DNA of 64,000 bases from Antedon mediterranea (taxonomy: Eukaryota; Animalia; Echinodermata): assembly GCF_964355755.1 (NCBI RefSeq), contig NC_092671.1, positions 17,236,001-17,300,000 on the forward strand. The letters are read 5' to 3'. The position numbers and the translations under genes are program-made. Positions 1 through 13,400 of the stretch are shown in pieces. Below the pieces are notes generated by a model. That model saw nothing but the letters and a program-made list of their open reading frames with translations, was not told the DNA's origin and ran no database searches. Each line of letters opens with the position of its first letter. The stretch's first letter is position 1.

Positions 1-3000
1 ATACAAGCTATCTAGTGAGTGATTGAAAATTCACAGCCATGTGAATTTTATATAATGTTTAATAAAAAAAAAAAAGGCAAAAAATACTATCAGAACCGTT
101 TTTACTAAGTAAGCAAATACCAAAATACTATAATATTTTCATATCCAGATTGGTATAAGTTCTCTTTACATTTCCCATAGTTACCAACCGCCTGACATTG
201 TGTGGGACAGCCCCGCATTTCAATGTGATTTTAATAAAAAACACGCATTTTGCACAAACACATGTGATCACACATTTGTCTTGAATTTATCACGTGTCTA
301 TGCGTGACCAAATTAATTGGTTTATTAAAAGTATACACGAGTATTCATTTATCACATATCAGTCGCAAAAATATGAATATACATTATCGTAGCCGCCATG
401 TCATCACATTAGGCTACACATGTGCATGTAGCATTCCAGCCAAACCTGACTCTAGTAAAATATAGCAGCACAGAGTGGTGGTATGCGTGCATACATTTTT
501 TGAACAAACATGATGGAAGAAAATCAACGCAATGGTTCTGCAATTTTAACAGTGTTGTTAAAAAAAAAATTCCTTGATAAACATTCAAAATCAGCCTGGT
601 GGGTATACGTTGAAATCCAGGTAAGCGGCACTCAGACTACCGACGCCACTGTTGGTTTGTGTAATATACAACAAAAGTCATCCGGAATGGAACCAGGTTC
701 AGCAAGCACTCTGAAAACAATAAAGTTTGTTACAACACAAAGTGCATCCCTTCATAAAATGGAATTTTCCAACTTGAGTTTGAACGAGGACATCATCATA
801 AGGAGGAGGAATATTGACTGGTTAAATGAAACAGCTACTTCTTAAGTCAGAACATGTGAAACCCTAAAGAACGGAAAAAGAAATCAAGAAATATGGAAAC
901 TTTGAACGCCTAAATACTTGCCAACGGACAGATTGTCAAACTGACTAAGAATATTCTATGTTGAATTGACGATGACCTAGATTTATTGCTTTCGATATTA
1001 CATTATTTCATCACAATATTATTGATAATATCTTTATAAGCTATGGATGGATTGATACTCATTCATCGCAATAGTATTGATAACAAGAATATATTGATCT
1101 TAACTAGCTACGGACTGTTACTCGTTCAATCACAAATAGTATTGATAATAAGAATGACAGCCTGGTTCTTGCTTTTCAGATATTACTTTCCATCTCAATA
1201 TTATTGGAAATAAGAATTTATGATAAAAGTGACAAATTCTTGAATTGCATTCAATAATACCTTTTTATCTTGATATTATTATTGATAGAAAATATCATGA
1301 TGAATTTTTTGTCATCAAGTATAACTCCTAAAATTAAGAATAACACAATTATGTTGATAAAAGTGACAGGTTGTGCATGGATTGTTTCTTTATTTCAGAT
1401 AAAGCCGATATTGCGGTATAGAATTACTTTATCACCAACATGAGGATCACCTCTACTAACAAGGTTTCTTTAAACCACTGAAAACGAAAATTTTTTAATT
1501 AAAAAATGAATGATAAGGATGACTGAATACGACAATTTACATTCACTAAATCACCTACGGTATATTTTTTTTTTGTACACTCATTTTTTTTTCTCCAGAA
1601 TATGTAATTAGTTTTCATTTCCGTAAATCATATTTTCCTAAATATTTATTATCAAGGGATGTGTCAAGCGGTGGTAATTGCGACATCATGGTCATGTGAC
1701 CTTTAATGTTCACAGTCAACTGAACAGTTTTTATCAACATTTCATTCAAATGTTTAATAATGATACAACTCACAAAATTCTTCAACTTTTACCTTCTTTA
1801 ATACAGAAGCTCTACAGGACAAACACTTTTTAGTACCGCCAGTGAATAACATATCTACATTAAAACACTTTTCAGTAAGAACTAACTTCGTTAAAATGCT
1901 CCATTTTTTAGTGTGTTACCACAGTTATATATAGGTATGCCAATCTACAAAACACCACTGAAATAAATAGGCACAAATTTAAAAATCACATCTGAAAAAT
2001 AAACAATGTTTTAAAGGAACTTACTGTATACACTAAAATACATTTGCGGTAGGTGAAACAATGACTCAAAAATTTCTTGAATAAAGGTTTTTGTGAAACT
2101 TTTATTGAATCAATTCTACTCAAGTGTGGCTGGCTAAAGATTAGACAAAAGAAAAATATTAGGAATTGAGCTGAGACTGGAAAATGGTTCCAAAACTTGA
2201 AAACTGCTTTGTGAGTTTCTTTGCAAGACAATGGATGCAATATTACAATAATCAACAACTTCAGACAAGTTTTCTAGAAGTTGTTTTACAAGACACAACT
2301 ACCAGACATTGTAGAAACAATCATTAATGAGAGAACAATCTAAATTTCGATTTGTCACATCCTAGCACCATAGGGAGCTCCCAATTTGTGGCAACTGATG
2401 ACCAAACTATGTCATTTTAATTCGTTGTGCACATGCAGAGATATTTGGACGTGTGCCCTAACTCCCCAAAATTTTGATGGGTTCTAGGCTCAGACGTTCA
2501 ACAGACAGACAAAACATCAGTTGACCTGACCTAGGTTGGTTGTGTTATTAGTTGTCGTCTGGATATAGAGTGCACTAAGGCTTTGTTAATGAATCGAGTG
2601 AGGAAGTACATCATGTCCCTGCATGCGCACAATGGATCTAGGTCGAAGCGAAAGATCTGCATTATAGATAATCTCGTAAGCTAATCCACAAACTGACAAT
2701 CAATGCTGTGTATAAATTCGTTTTATGAAATATTTCAATTTACTTTATATTTTTTTTTAATAATAATTTTGTAATTTATATAACGTTTATACTTTTTATT
2801 GGAAATTTTAATAGTATAGTTAGTTAATATTCATTTTTTATCTTATTTGTATTGTATTTGTACTAACGTTTTAAATAAAACCAAAATAAATCGATCAAGA
2901 AAAAACGCATAAAATATCACCATACAATTGTAATAATTTTTTTTCACTGTATTAGGTTTTATGTTTATTTATTCCATATTTGGTCATTTATTCCATATTT

Positions 3001-5314
3001 GGTCATTTCATCATTAAACATAGTGTTGAATATTACGACATATAATGGATCGTTCCACCCACTCAGCGGTGTCCAAATTCATATGATATGAAATGATAAT
3101 AAGTGACGAATCCCCGTCTGCAGACTGAATATATTCATACATAGTTATGGCAATATACTATGGTAATAGAAATGCTGCATAATGCATCAACTAATCACTA
3201 CTTAATAAATAATTCAACTTATATAATTTATATAATTTTAATACCTATAGGTATTTACTTTATGGTATTTGAAAGATGATGGATTTGTCGAGTGACATTT
3301 TTGTAAATAATGATATGAAAAAAGTCAAGCTTATCAGATTCTTGAAAATGATCAAATAGATAGAAACATCAAATTCTCAATATATGTTCCATCTCTTTAT
3401 TTGGAGTAATAACCATGTTTTATTTTTCTTATAGTTATATACTATTAAATAATTCTATAATATTAATATTCAATTATTATATTGACATTATTCAGAATCA
3501 CTGGTTCATAATTTAAAAAAAATGAAACTGAATATGCTAATAAAATAATTTTTTTTAAATTGTGTGTAACATTTTATACAGTACCAGAAGAGTAGTAATT
3601 ATTCTTGGCCATGAATAAAAAAACAATTTTTGTTTGTGTTTTGCGCATACCGAAACTGAATATAGCAGCATGTTATGTTAATTTTTAATATGCTTTAAGC
3701 GTGTGTAAGTGGAATACAATCCACCGCATTTTGATCAAACACGTGAACTATTATGAAGTGTTAATATTATTGTGTCAACTGTACAATCATTCACTTTTCA
3801 TGATAACTTTTACACCGGACACTCCTTATTTTGTAATTCAATCAATTTGATTAATTTACTTTTTTTAATTGTAAGTTTTTGTAGTTTATTATATTATTAA
3901 ATTATATTATTTATATTGTTTTGTTTTCTTGAAATTGTATTGTTATCAAATCTTAAAGTTGGTTTTATATTTGTTTTTAATTATAGTTAAAATTACAATA
4001 AAAAATTGAATAAATATTATAAAATAAAAATATAGATAAATCAACAATGAGATACTAATATTTTATTGTTAATTAACTTAATTAATAATACTGTAAATTA
4101 ATAAATTTTTTGTTTTTTGTCATAAATTCAATATTATTGTGAAAATTCCTTAAATAATGATAGGTATTATTCAAACTTAATTTTCATTAATTTGTGTGAT
4201 CATAATGCATTTCTTAATGATGTTTTATATTTGCTGTCTACAATTGCAGTATCTTATCTTTCAAGAAACACAAAATGAGTACATAGGTTTTATTTCATTT
4301 CATGTAATTATAGATATATTATATATTATTATTATTATTTTAGTGCTGAAAAAAGAGATTAGTATCTTTAATAACCTAAACACAAATTATTTTGGTATTT
4401 ACAAAAAAGTAATGTAATTTACTATCATTAGCTTTTACTGCATGTTTTATTTTATTTTCTCATAAACACTGGTTGATCGATATATACTTAACATGTTAGA
4501 ACTCTTCATATATTACTCGCATCCAGTAGGATTTTATTTTTAGTTTTTAATTTATTTTCTCATAAAATTTAGCTGATCGATAGGAACAAATTTGCTAGCC
4601 ACTTGTTAATAATGAGACATGGAAGTAGTGAATTCCCGATACGCTAATTTATTTCTTTTGATCTGACCTATGACATGCTGCCATAAATAACGTCACAGAT
4701 ATGATCAATCTCTTATCTACTGCAGTATGCATATCTATGGTTTTTTTGCGCAAATCAGGTTACCAAGTGATTGCAAGGTACGTGTGCATATAGATTAGCT
4801 AAATTGTCTAATCAATATTTTTGCTTTTAAATAGAATATGTTTGCTAATATATTATTAGTAATAAGCTAAATTGATAACATTTTGAACAAGCCTGAAAAC
4901 GACAGCGATTTTCATTGCTTTGGGGTTTGTTTACTGTATGTTGTAAAAATTATGCGAATATTGCGTGTAGCATTCATTCCTAAGTAGTAGTTTCACAGAA
5001 TTGAGGAATATAACAAATGACTTGTTTTTACAAAATTTGTTTTTATATAAAGAACATTAAATATCAATTGGTTTAATATTTATTTTAGATTAATAATTTT
5101 TTTTTTTTTTTATAGAATACTGTAGGAAATAATATTAGTTATATCATCATTATCAGTCATATAATTTATGTTATATACAGTAAAAATTAATAGAGAATAA
5201 TGATGATAATAACAAATAGGATTTTTAAACAAAAATAAAATGCTGATTTTAACATCTTATGATCTTAATGCCTAAATTGAATTTTGTTTAAATAAAATAT
5301 ACTTAACGTTTTTT

Positions 5315-5670
5315 AGTAAAGGTAAAGTATTTATTATCGTCCTCAAGCTTAATTAAAAACTTATGAAATTCGGATTAGGCCCTCCGTGGACCCACGGCAG
5401 CCAGCAGTGCAGCGCCTACCACATCAGCACACTACTACTGTTTACAAATAGTTCTTTAACATGCGCTATATGTACGGCTTTACATCCCATCCAAAGGACA
5501 AGACAATGAGAGTAACGCATCTTGCCCAAGGATACAATCAGTATGGTACAGACGGCTCAAACCCATTCCTATCACATCATATATACAGCACCAGACGCAA
5601 TATTCCAAGACGGTTTTCCATCCAGAATGCAACCTGGCTTAACGTTGCTTAACTTCGGTGTATGGTCGTA
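5315..5670 (-). mobile_element. 5S rRNA-headed SINE (SINE3/DeuSINE-like) with CORE-like body
   Basis: The minus strand begins TACGACCATAC-ACCGAAGTTAAGCAACG...TGGATGGAAAACCGTCTTGGAATA...GGTGCTGTA (5S-like), followed by GGGTTTGAGCC, GTATCCTTGGGCAAG and GGATGGGATGTAAAGCCG; tail TTTACCTTTAC. Confidence 0.75.
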
Positions 5671-6334
5671 TAGTACTTTTTAGTCAATTACTAAAATAAA
5701 TAAGAATGGATAGTGTCCCAGTTCTGATGTTACACCAATGATTAATGAGTATAATTAGCAAATCACTAACGAAAGAGATATGCCACTTCTTTTAGCGATC
5801 AATGATGGAATTTAATTTATATTATAAGTAAACAATATTTCTTTTTGGTAACAGCGACTGATATTGACATGTTTTAATTAGCAAGATGAGCAGTTCCTTA
5901 CTTATTTAAAACCTGTATGATGTGATTAATTTTATAACTCATCACCTAGCAAAACTTTGAGTTTACACACAACAACAGCGTTTATGTATGGTGTGTACTC
6001 TGGTGTCTAATAGGTGATGCGAAGTGGTACTACATTCATTCAAAACATGAATCCATACATAACATTTGATTTTAAAGTGAAAAAAAACAAATGTTCTGTA
6101 CACATTTTGTCAGTGGTGTATATATAATAATAATATATAATAAAATAAATATTCAAATAGTTAATTATTATTATTATACGAACATAATATACAAGCAATA
6201 GTTATTTATTGTAGGTAATAAAGATCTGCTTGAATGCACATCAAATAGTCTATTAAATATGTTTATTCAAAATATTCATATTATATTGGGTTATACCATT
6301 TTCAACATTATTTATACACAATACTCAATAACCA

Positions 6335-6535
6335 GGACCAACTATAAATTGTAAGTTCGGTGTACATAGTTTACCCGTGTGCACTTTAAAGAGCCCAGTT
6401 CATCATTTGAGATGGTTAAGGGGTGACTGGGTGGACTGGTTCACAAGATAGCCCCTGTATCAGGGGGATTACGATCTATCTGATAGGAAATTAATTTACT
6501 ATTGGTAATCCTTGGACACATGTGCCTAAAAACAT
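6335..6535 (+). mobile_element. 5'-truncated SINE, same family as 50649-50945
   Basis: Collinear similarity (CTATAAA...CCGTGTGCA...CCCAG.TCAT...GAGATG..TAAGGGGT...ACTGGTTCACAA). Confidence 0.7.
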
Positions 6536-7305
6536 AATACATAAAATAAAAGTATAAAAAGTCAGACTTAACTGTTGTTTCTTTGTGTGTGTGTGTCTAT
6601 ATATTCTGCTTGTAATTGTATATTACACATGTGTTGTGTTGTCATTTTAAAAATGTTGTTTCTCCTTGTGTTTTGATGTTTTTATGTGTCATTTTATGTT
6701 CCAGTTGTTGGGTCATCCTGTTTTATGAAGTTGAAAGTGTTTTTTTTTTATTCAATTGATGACTATGAGGTTGGAACTGTAAACTTGAAATTATTGGCCT
6801 TCTCTCTAATAAGAAAACTTAATTTTTTCTAAGAAAGTGACTGCTAAGACATCTGGTTGATGTTCTAATAACCATTGTCATAATTTAAAACCAAAACAAC
6901 ATATGATTCTGCACTATAAACAAACCATGTACTAAGTTAGCTGATTTGTTACAAACTTTGTTAACTTAGCAATTAATATAAATATATCTTCAAGTTAAGT
7001 ATTAGCCTGTTGGATTAAATTCAACAGCTGAATTCTGACGACAGTCATATATTTATAACCAATAAATCTATATTATAAATCATTATTCAAAATACTTTTT
7101 TCTTATTAAAACTTTAGCTTTATTTTAGATTGTGATCATTTATCTTTGACGCATCAGCATGTTATCAGTTCAGATCTTTGCATTCCTTCAATAATTATTC
7201 ACCATATATATAGCTTCATTTTATCTGTATTTAATGTCGATAATATTTTATCGTTTCTGTTTCCTTTTAAATGATACGTTCTCAACTTACAATTTTGCAT
7301 TTCAG

Positions 7306-7420
7306 ATTTGAGAGACCTGATAAGAAGCCGGCCGTCGCTGCCGTGGCACCGAATGTTGGTGGAGTTGCCGGATCCAAGAACGGTTCTTCCGAATTCCCGT
7401 TGGATCCTTTCAGTGGAATG
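7306..7420 (+). CDS. SYT7: SYT7 linker exon ([38 protein letters not shown])
   Basis: GC-rich island with ttcag acceptor and gtaag donor; its phase-0 end joins the exon at 13332. Confidence 0.75.
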
Positions 7421-10400
7421 GTAAGCTTATTCTATCTTTTAGATTTTCATTATTTCTGGCTGATTTACAGTTTCTATCTTTGTGTTAAAATGAATACCTT
7501 AACGTACAAATATAATATTTAAATTTGTTTACTATAGTACATTCAATTTCCAGTTAAGTTTAAAAACCGAGTGTACCGTAATATCACATAGACAGATATA
7601 ATTACATATCTTTTCTAGCGATACATTGCACATGCACGAAAGGTAATTGAAATTGATGGTTTTAAGGAGAGAGCTTAATTGATCATTGGACAGTACTGTA
7701 CTGTAATAATTCTTTTGTACCCACTGTCACATTTATTAGTACAATTTCCCTGAAACTAAGACATTTTGCAGGTTTTATTTTCATATAAATAATTAATCTA
7801 TTGTCTGATGGACACAAATGTGTGTATGCTTAATGAGGGGAAAAGTGGTTGTTCTTAATAACAAATTAAAATTTTGAATTGCAAATTATAATATAATAAT
7901 AATATCTTACTGTTTGCTCTTAACTGGTTAGCTGTATATTCTTATTATCATTTTGAACAAATAATTGTAAAATAAAAATAGTCATTGTTCTCTGTACAAT
8001 AAATTCATGTCGTTATACGAGTTATTACATCAAATAAATATGAGAAACAACAGGCGTGAATAAATTTCCACAAAGGTGACCTGTTGACTAATGGCTCATG
8101 AAGTGTATCTAATAATCTAAGTGCAATTGTGTTTTAGATAATACACTAACTAACCCTAAACGTTAAGCATTGCACCATTCATAACATATGGTGTTATCTA
8201 GAAATATTCTCAAAGTTTATTTACTAGATTAATGCTCTTCGTCTCATCAACCAGTAACAGTTTTATCGTTGAAAACATTGCTATGATAACAACAGATTGA
8301 ATCGGCAAGGATTAGATCTGAAATTGAGAGCTTTAGATTGTTCTACTTAGAGTTAAGCTATCACTGGTCTGTTAAAATGTTTGCAAATCTCAAAATCATA
8401 GGTTCAAAATTGCCCTTAATCTTGTCTCAGTAGCCTGCAAATTATATCAAGTTTAGCTCTTAATTTATTATAACAAAACATAAATGGCTAAAAATGAAAA
8501 GCTCAATTTGAATATGATCATATTAAAAACATTAAAAGCAAACAAATTACATTTATTGAAAAATTGTAACTGGGGTTCACAGAACAATTTACGTTATTTC
8601 TACTCGGGACCTAAACAATAAAATGGACAAATACTGGAAAATAACCAATTATTAACCGTGAGAGTAAAATTAACCCTAATTTCTTGGCAGCCGAAACAGG
8701 ACAAATTTTCAATAACCAGTTAAAAGTAGCAGCCCGAAAATAACAGTTAAAAACAGCCAATTATTGGGTGTTAGAATGTCATTTAACCAGTTATCACTGT
8801 GCAACTTTTAGCTGCAACAAAATAACTGTTGTTCAACCTTCAGTCAAATACTGTCGCATCTTGAGAATTTGGCCCTTTGAATACATTACATTTTGGGTAT
8901 TATTCGTCGATGACCATCCACCACAGTTATGTGGTAGCACAACTTTAGCCGCAGAAATATATAGATATAACAATTATAAACGGTTTATTCGGCACAATGA
9001 TGCAGAAACAAACCATAGAAGAAGTCTACCGATGTGATAATGATGATGATAGAGTAAGACTAGTACTGGTAAATAAACTTAAGTTCTGTTTACACTATCA
9101 AACTTTATGTGATGTGTTCAAATATGGTAATGGAATGCCCAAATATGGTACTGATATGACATCATGTCCATATATGGGCACATCACATTTTGTGGTCGCA
9201 TAAAGTTTGATAGTGTAGACAGAGCTTTAATTAGCTCTCTTGAAAATTACGCAAGATCACAGTGCCAATTTTGGATTAATGAACTCTACTGTACTTGCAA
9301 AACCTTGCAATGTGTTCAGTATTTAAGTGCAAGGTTTTTGAAAAGATCAATGATGGTCAATTTAAATATAAAGCATCAATACTTAAATGCAACGTGTTTC
9401 TAAAAAGATCAATTTTGGTCAATTTAAAAATAAATATGGCATTACCTAAAGGAAAACGTCATTTCATTGATGAGTGATCTAAAGGTTAAAAGTAATTGAT
9501 TTAAAGTGATTTATATGCTTTATTATCTTAGGGTTTCATTATGGTGACATTAACTTTATAGGGATAGAGGCTAAATCAGAAACTACTAACTATGCAGTAT
9601 CCCAATACACAAAGTGACAATAGTATACATTATTTGCTTTTATATAACACCTATATAAATTCCTGTCATTTGATTGGACGAATGTGGGTCACATGGTGTG
9701 CAATAGTACGCACTATTCAACGATCGTTAAATAGTACTTTTTGAAACATTTTTGTGTACGAAAAAAAAACGTCTAGATGTTATATAAAACAAATAATGAA
9801 TGTTTTGTATTCGTGTAATGGTACAAATAATGGCACTTGGTGAATGATGAAAGGTTATATCAACTCGGCTTTGCCTCGTTGATATAACCTTTCATCATTC
9901 ACCTCGTGCCATTATTTGTACCATTGCACTCATAAACATTCATTATTTGTATATTATACAATTTCTATCCTAATGGATGTACAGTAGGAACTACTTTTTG
10001 TAAATTTATGAATTATATATATATATAAACACATTAGGCAATGAACATTAATTCTAAACCGCCCGGTGATATACTGAAATTTAATTAATTAATTTGAAAC
10101 GATAAAGATGAGGAAATCTGTGAGAATGAGCATTATTATATTATATATATTACTACTGGCCTAAAACAGCAAAATACTGACAATTATGTGACTTTTTTGG
10201 GGAAAATCTCTTATTATTTATAATAGGATACCAATTGTTTATTAAGCTTTATGGTTGCAAAACTTCCATACCGGTAAGCCTATTTTTCCTACATGTGTAC
10301 CTAACCCAGCCTCCATGGTACAGTGTTATATAAATCATGCTTAACTCTAAGATAGGCAAACACAAGGCAAAAACTTTTATGGAAATAACTTTTCCTACAG

Positions 10401-13400
10401 TATTGGACATCTTCGAAAAATGTTTTCATCTGGTTTGTTAACTATCTGTATATAACTTCTTTACGTTAAACCTTTTATGAATATTTACGTCGTGTACGAC
10501 GTTTGTTTCCAAGAAGTCTTCATGGTACTATTATAATAAAAATTTAAAAAACATTCTTTTAAAAGTTTTGTTTTGTCTGGATATCAAGCATGTGTGTCAT
10601 GTTTAATTCATTACCTGAGAGCTGAGGCTATGCATAATTCAGCACCTCAAGTATTGATATACATTATTCATGTTGTGGATTTAAAAAAACTTGCCTCCTA
10701 TCAATGAAACATAAATAATGACCAGTGGAAGTGTTAATAATATGCTAAAGCGTGTTTTGCTTGTGCCTCTTCTAGATCGGAAGTAAAAGGAGAGAATTAT
10801 TTAAATAATTGATTTGATTGTTTCGTGGCATTTTTCTACAGTTCATTCATGATCATTACTTTGTAGTGTATTAAACACTATACTTTTAGAATAGCGGGAA
10901 TAAAGAGAAAGGGTTTTGAAAAAATTGACATCTCAAAATGTACGTAATTTAAAAAAAAAGATTCCTTTAATGCTCTATTAGGTGTACAGAAGTGAATATT
11001 GTTTTATTCTTAAGCCTGTTTTCCAGTTCAGTTTTTCATGGGCTGGCTGTGCATGGCCCGCCTTCGATTTGTAACACTACACATGTCCCGGCAACGCTTG
11101 ATAGAACCAAGGAAATCAAGAACAAATGCTTATAAAGGTGTAAATTATTAGCAGTTGGGCTTGATCATCATCATCGTTATTCATTGTCAACTTTAATAAT
11201 TTGAAAACTCAACGCAACTCAACGTCAACTAGAAAACAGGCTCTTTTTTTAAAACAATAGTTGCCTGAAGCAGACTGAGAGAAATGGTACAAACATGTCA
11301 TGTGATCTTTCTTCATATTTCCTCCTAAATATACAGTAGAATAGTATTTGGTTATGTTCATTAAATATTTTTATTTTTCAGGTCCAGCGATAATGGGACT
11401 ATACCCAAATACATTATAACATTAAGTAGTATGAAAAATAAAACTGATGGAATTAATGATGCCACAAATGGTCTTTTAGCAAATTTGATTTACTCATTTT
11501 TAGTAGTAGTTTTTAGTTAACTCTATGGCGGGCGGTCGGTCAGTTACACTAACTCAAATTTTAGCACACGACTGCAGTTGCAGTTGCACATAATGTAAAT
11601 TTAAGTAAATCCTTCCAAAATACTGTACAGATCTTTTTCGACGAACTAATAATAAACTTTGATCGAAAATACTTCAAACGAAACATTTGGTAGGTAATGC
11701 GGTACTCAATGCCTCAATATAGTGCATGTGTTGTGTACTGTGTTTTGGTGGTCTGTTAACCTTAGATATACTGTACTCTACAGCCGGGTGAATAACTCAA
11801 TGTAATTTAGTATACAATGATTGCAGTAATCGCCGTGTCTATAAAACAAATCAACAAAACGCCAAATACGCGCCACACACTTTTTTCCGACCGTGTACAT
11901 ACATGCCATGTTTCTTGTTTATTTTTATCATTTATACTGCATACCATTATTATATAAAAAACCTTCATACGCGAGAAAAAAGTTCACAATATTACACTCC
12001 ACTCCGAAGTACTTGAAACTGAAATGGAAAATGGTGTATTTTCGGAGCGTGATGACGTCAGCATTCACACGAGGCGCGAGCTAGACAACGTGACGCTGGT
12101 AGTAGGAGCACATGTGTTTTGAAAATAACTCAGTTTGTGGGTATTTTCCGAAGATTTTAAATCACATTTTCTTTTTAAACTCTTGAATTCATAAATAGTA
12201 ATTAAACTTATAGCTCTTTAACTATGTAGGCCTATTTACACTACGAATGCTAACCCTAGCTCTAGGCCTACTCTTCTTAATTAAAAAAAAGAGTCGGGTG
12301 CGACGAATACACGTCGCGGGTATGTTGCATCTTTTTTTTTTTTTTTGGAGAATTAAGAGGGGGTGACTAGCCACACTAAATACCACCCCCCCCCCCCACC
12401 CCATAGATCCACCACTGGCCTTGTTTTATGTTAAGATTGTCTGTGGATATACCATGTTAGAAGACTAAAATGTAGAAGATGTCATAAATATATTTCCTAT
12501 TATGACACAATTATGATTTACATTGAAATAATTTTCACATTTTAACAGAACACCTGTTTACGTATTGTAGTATAGAGTGTGGTTTTTTTTTTATAGTTTT
12601 ACTAATAAAAATTGACATTAATGTTATTCCAAAAGATTATATTAAGGTTGTACAAGACAAGAACACATATGGATGCAAGATTATGATATTAATAGATAAA
12701 AATGATAGAGTATCTGGTAGTATGTATGCTAGATAAAAAAAAAACATCATTTCTTTGAAAGATTCAATAAATGTTAAAAGTTATAAATTCTTGTGGGTGA
12801 CAAGTACATTGTGTTTTTCATTTGTGCTTCATGTGTGCAATAATTATTAAAATAATTTAAATGAGACCTCATGAGAGGTAAGAGTACCGATAAAGACTTA
12901 GAGCGCATTCATTAATATTATACTAAAGCATCTTTCTAAACATTACCATAATATTTCAAGATGGCCACTTTAGTTAGTAATGCTTTTTCAAATCTATCTT
13001 TCTTAAAACACCTGTTTAATATTTCCTGCATATTCAAATTATTATTCTCTTTTTGGTGCTTATTTTTTAAAGCTCTGGAGTGATATAAACTTTTGACAGC
13101 ATCTTAAAAATTTGTGCTGAAAATGAAAAAAAAATTCTGAATATTGGCATAGCAAAACATCCACTATAATAACTTGATATGAAATACAAAACCAGTTATA
13201 TTACTCCATATAAGGACACAAAGACGACATTTTGATCTAATAATTTATGATTTCCAAGGATATATCTAACAAAAACTATTGAATGGTATTGATTTGTTTC
13301 ACTCTCATGCTAAGTTGTGATTATCTTTAAGGATCAAGAAGGAATAATGATGGAAACTCAGGAAGAAACATTAGGGAGAATACAGTTTTCTCTTCATTAC

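Noticed and set aside
510-845. 111-aa ORF or possible retroelement relic
   Set aside because: No recognisable domain or splice-compatible link to SYT7; left unassigned
5581-5670. Functional 5S rRNA gene
   Set aside because: Internal deletion, divergence and an attached SINE body
12053-12060. CRE palindrome TGACGTCA as an internal SYT7 promoter
   Set aside because: Single motif in a CpG-rich, probably TE-derived segment; no other support
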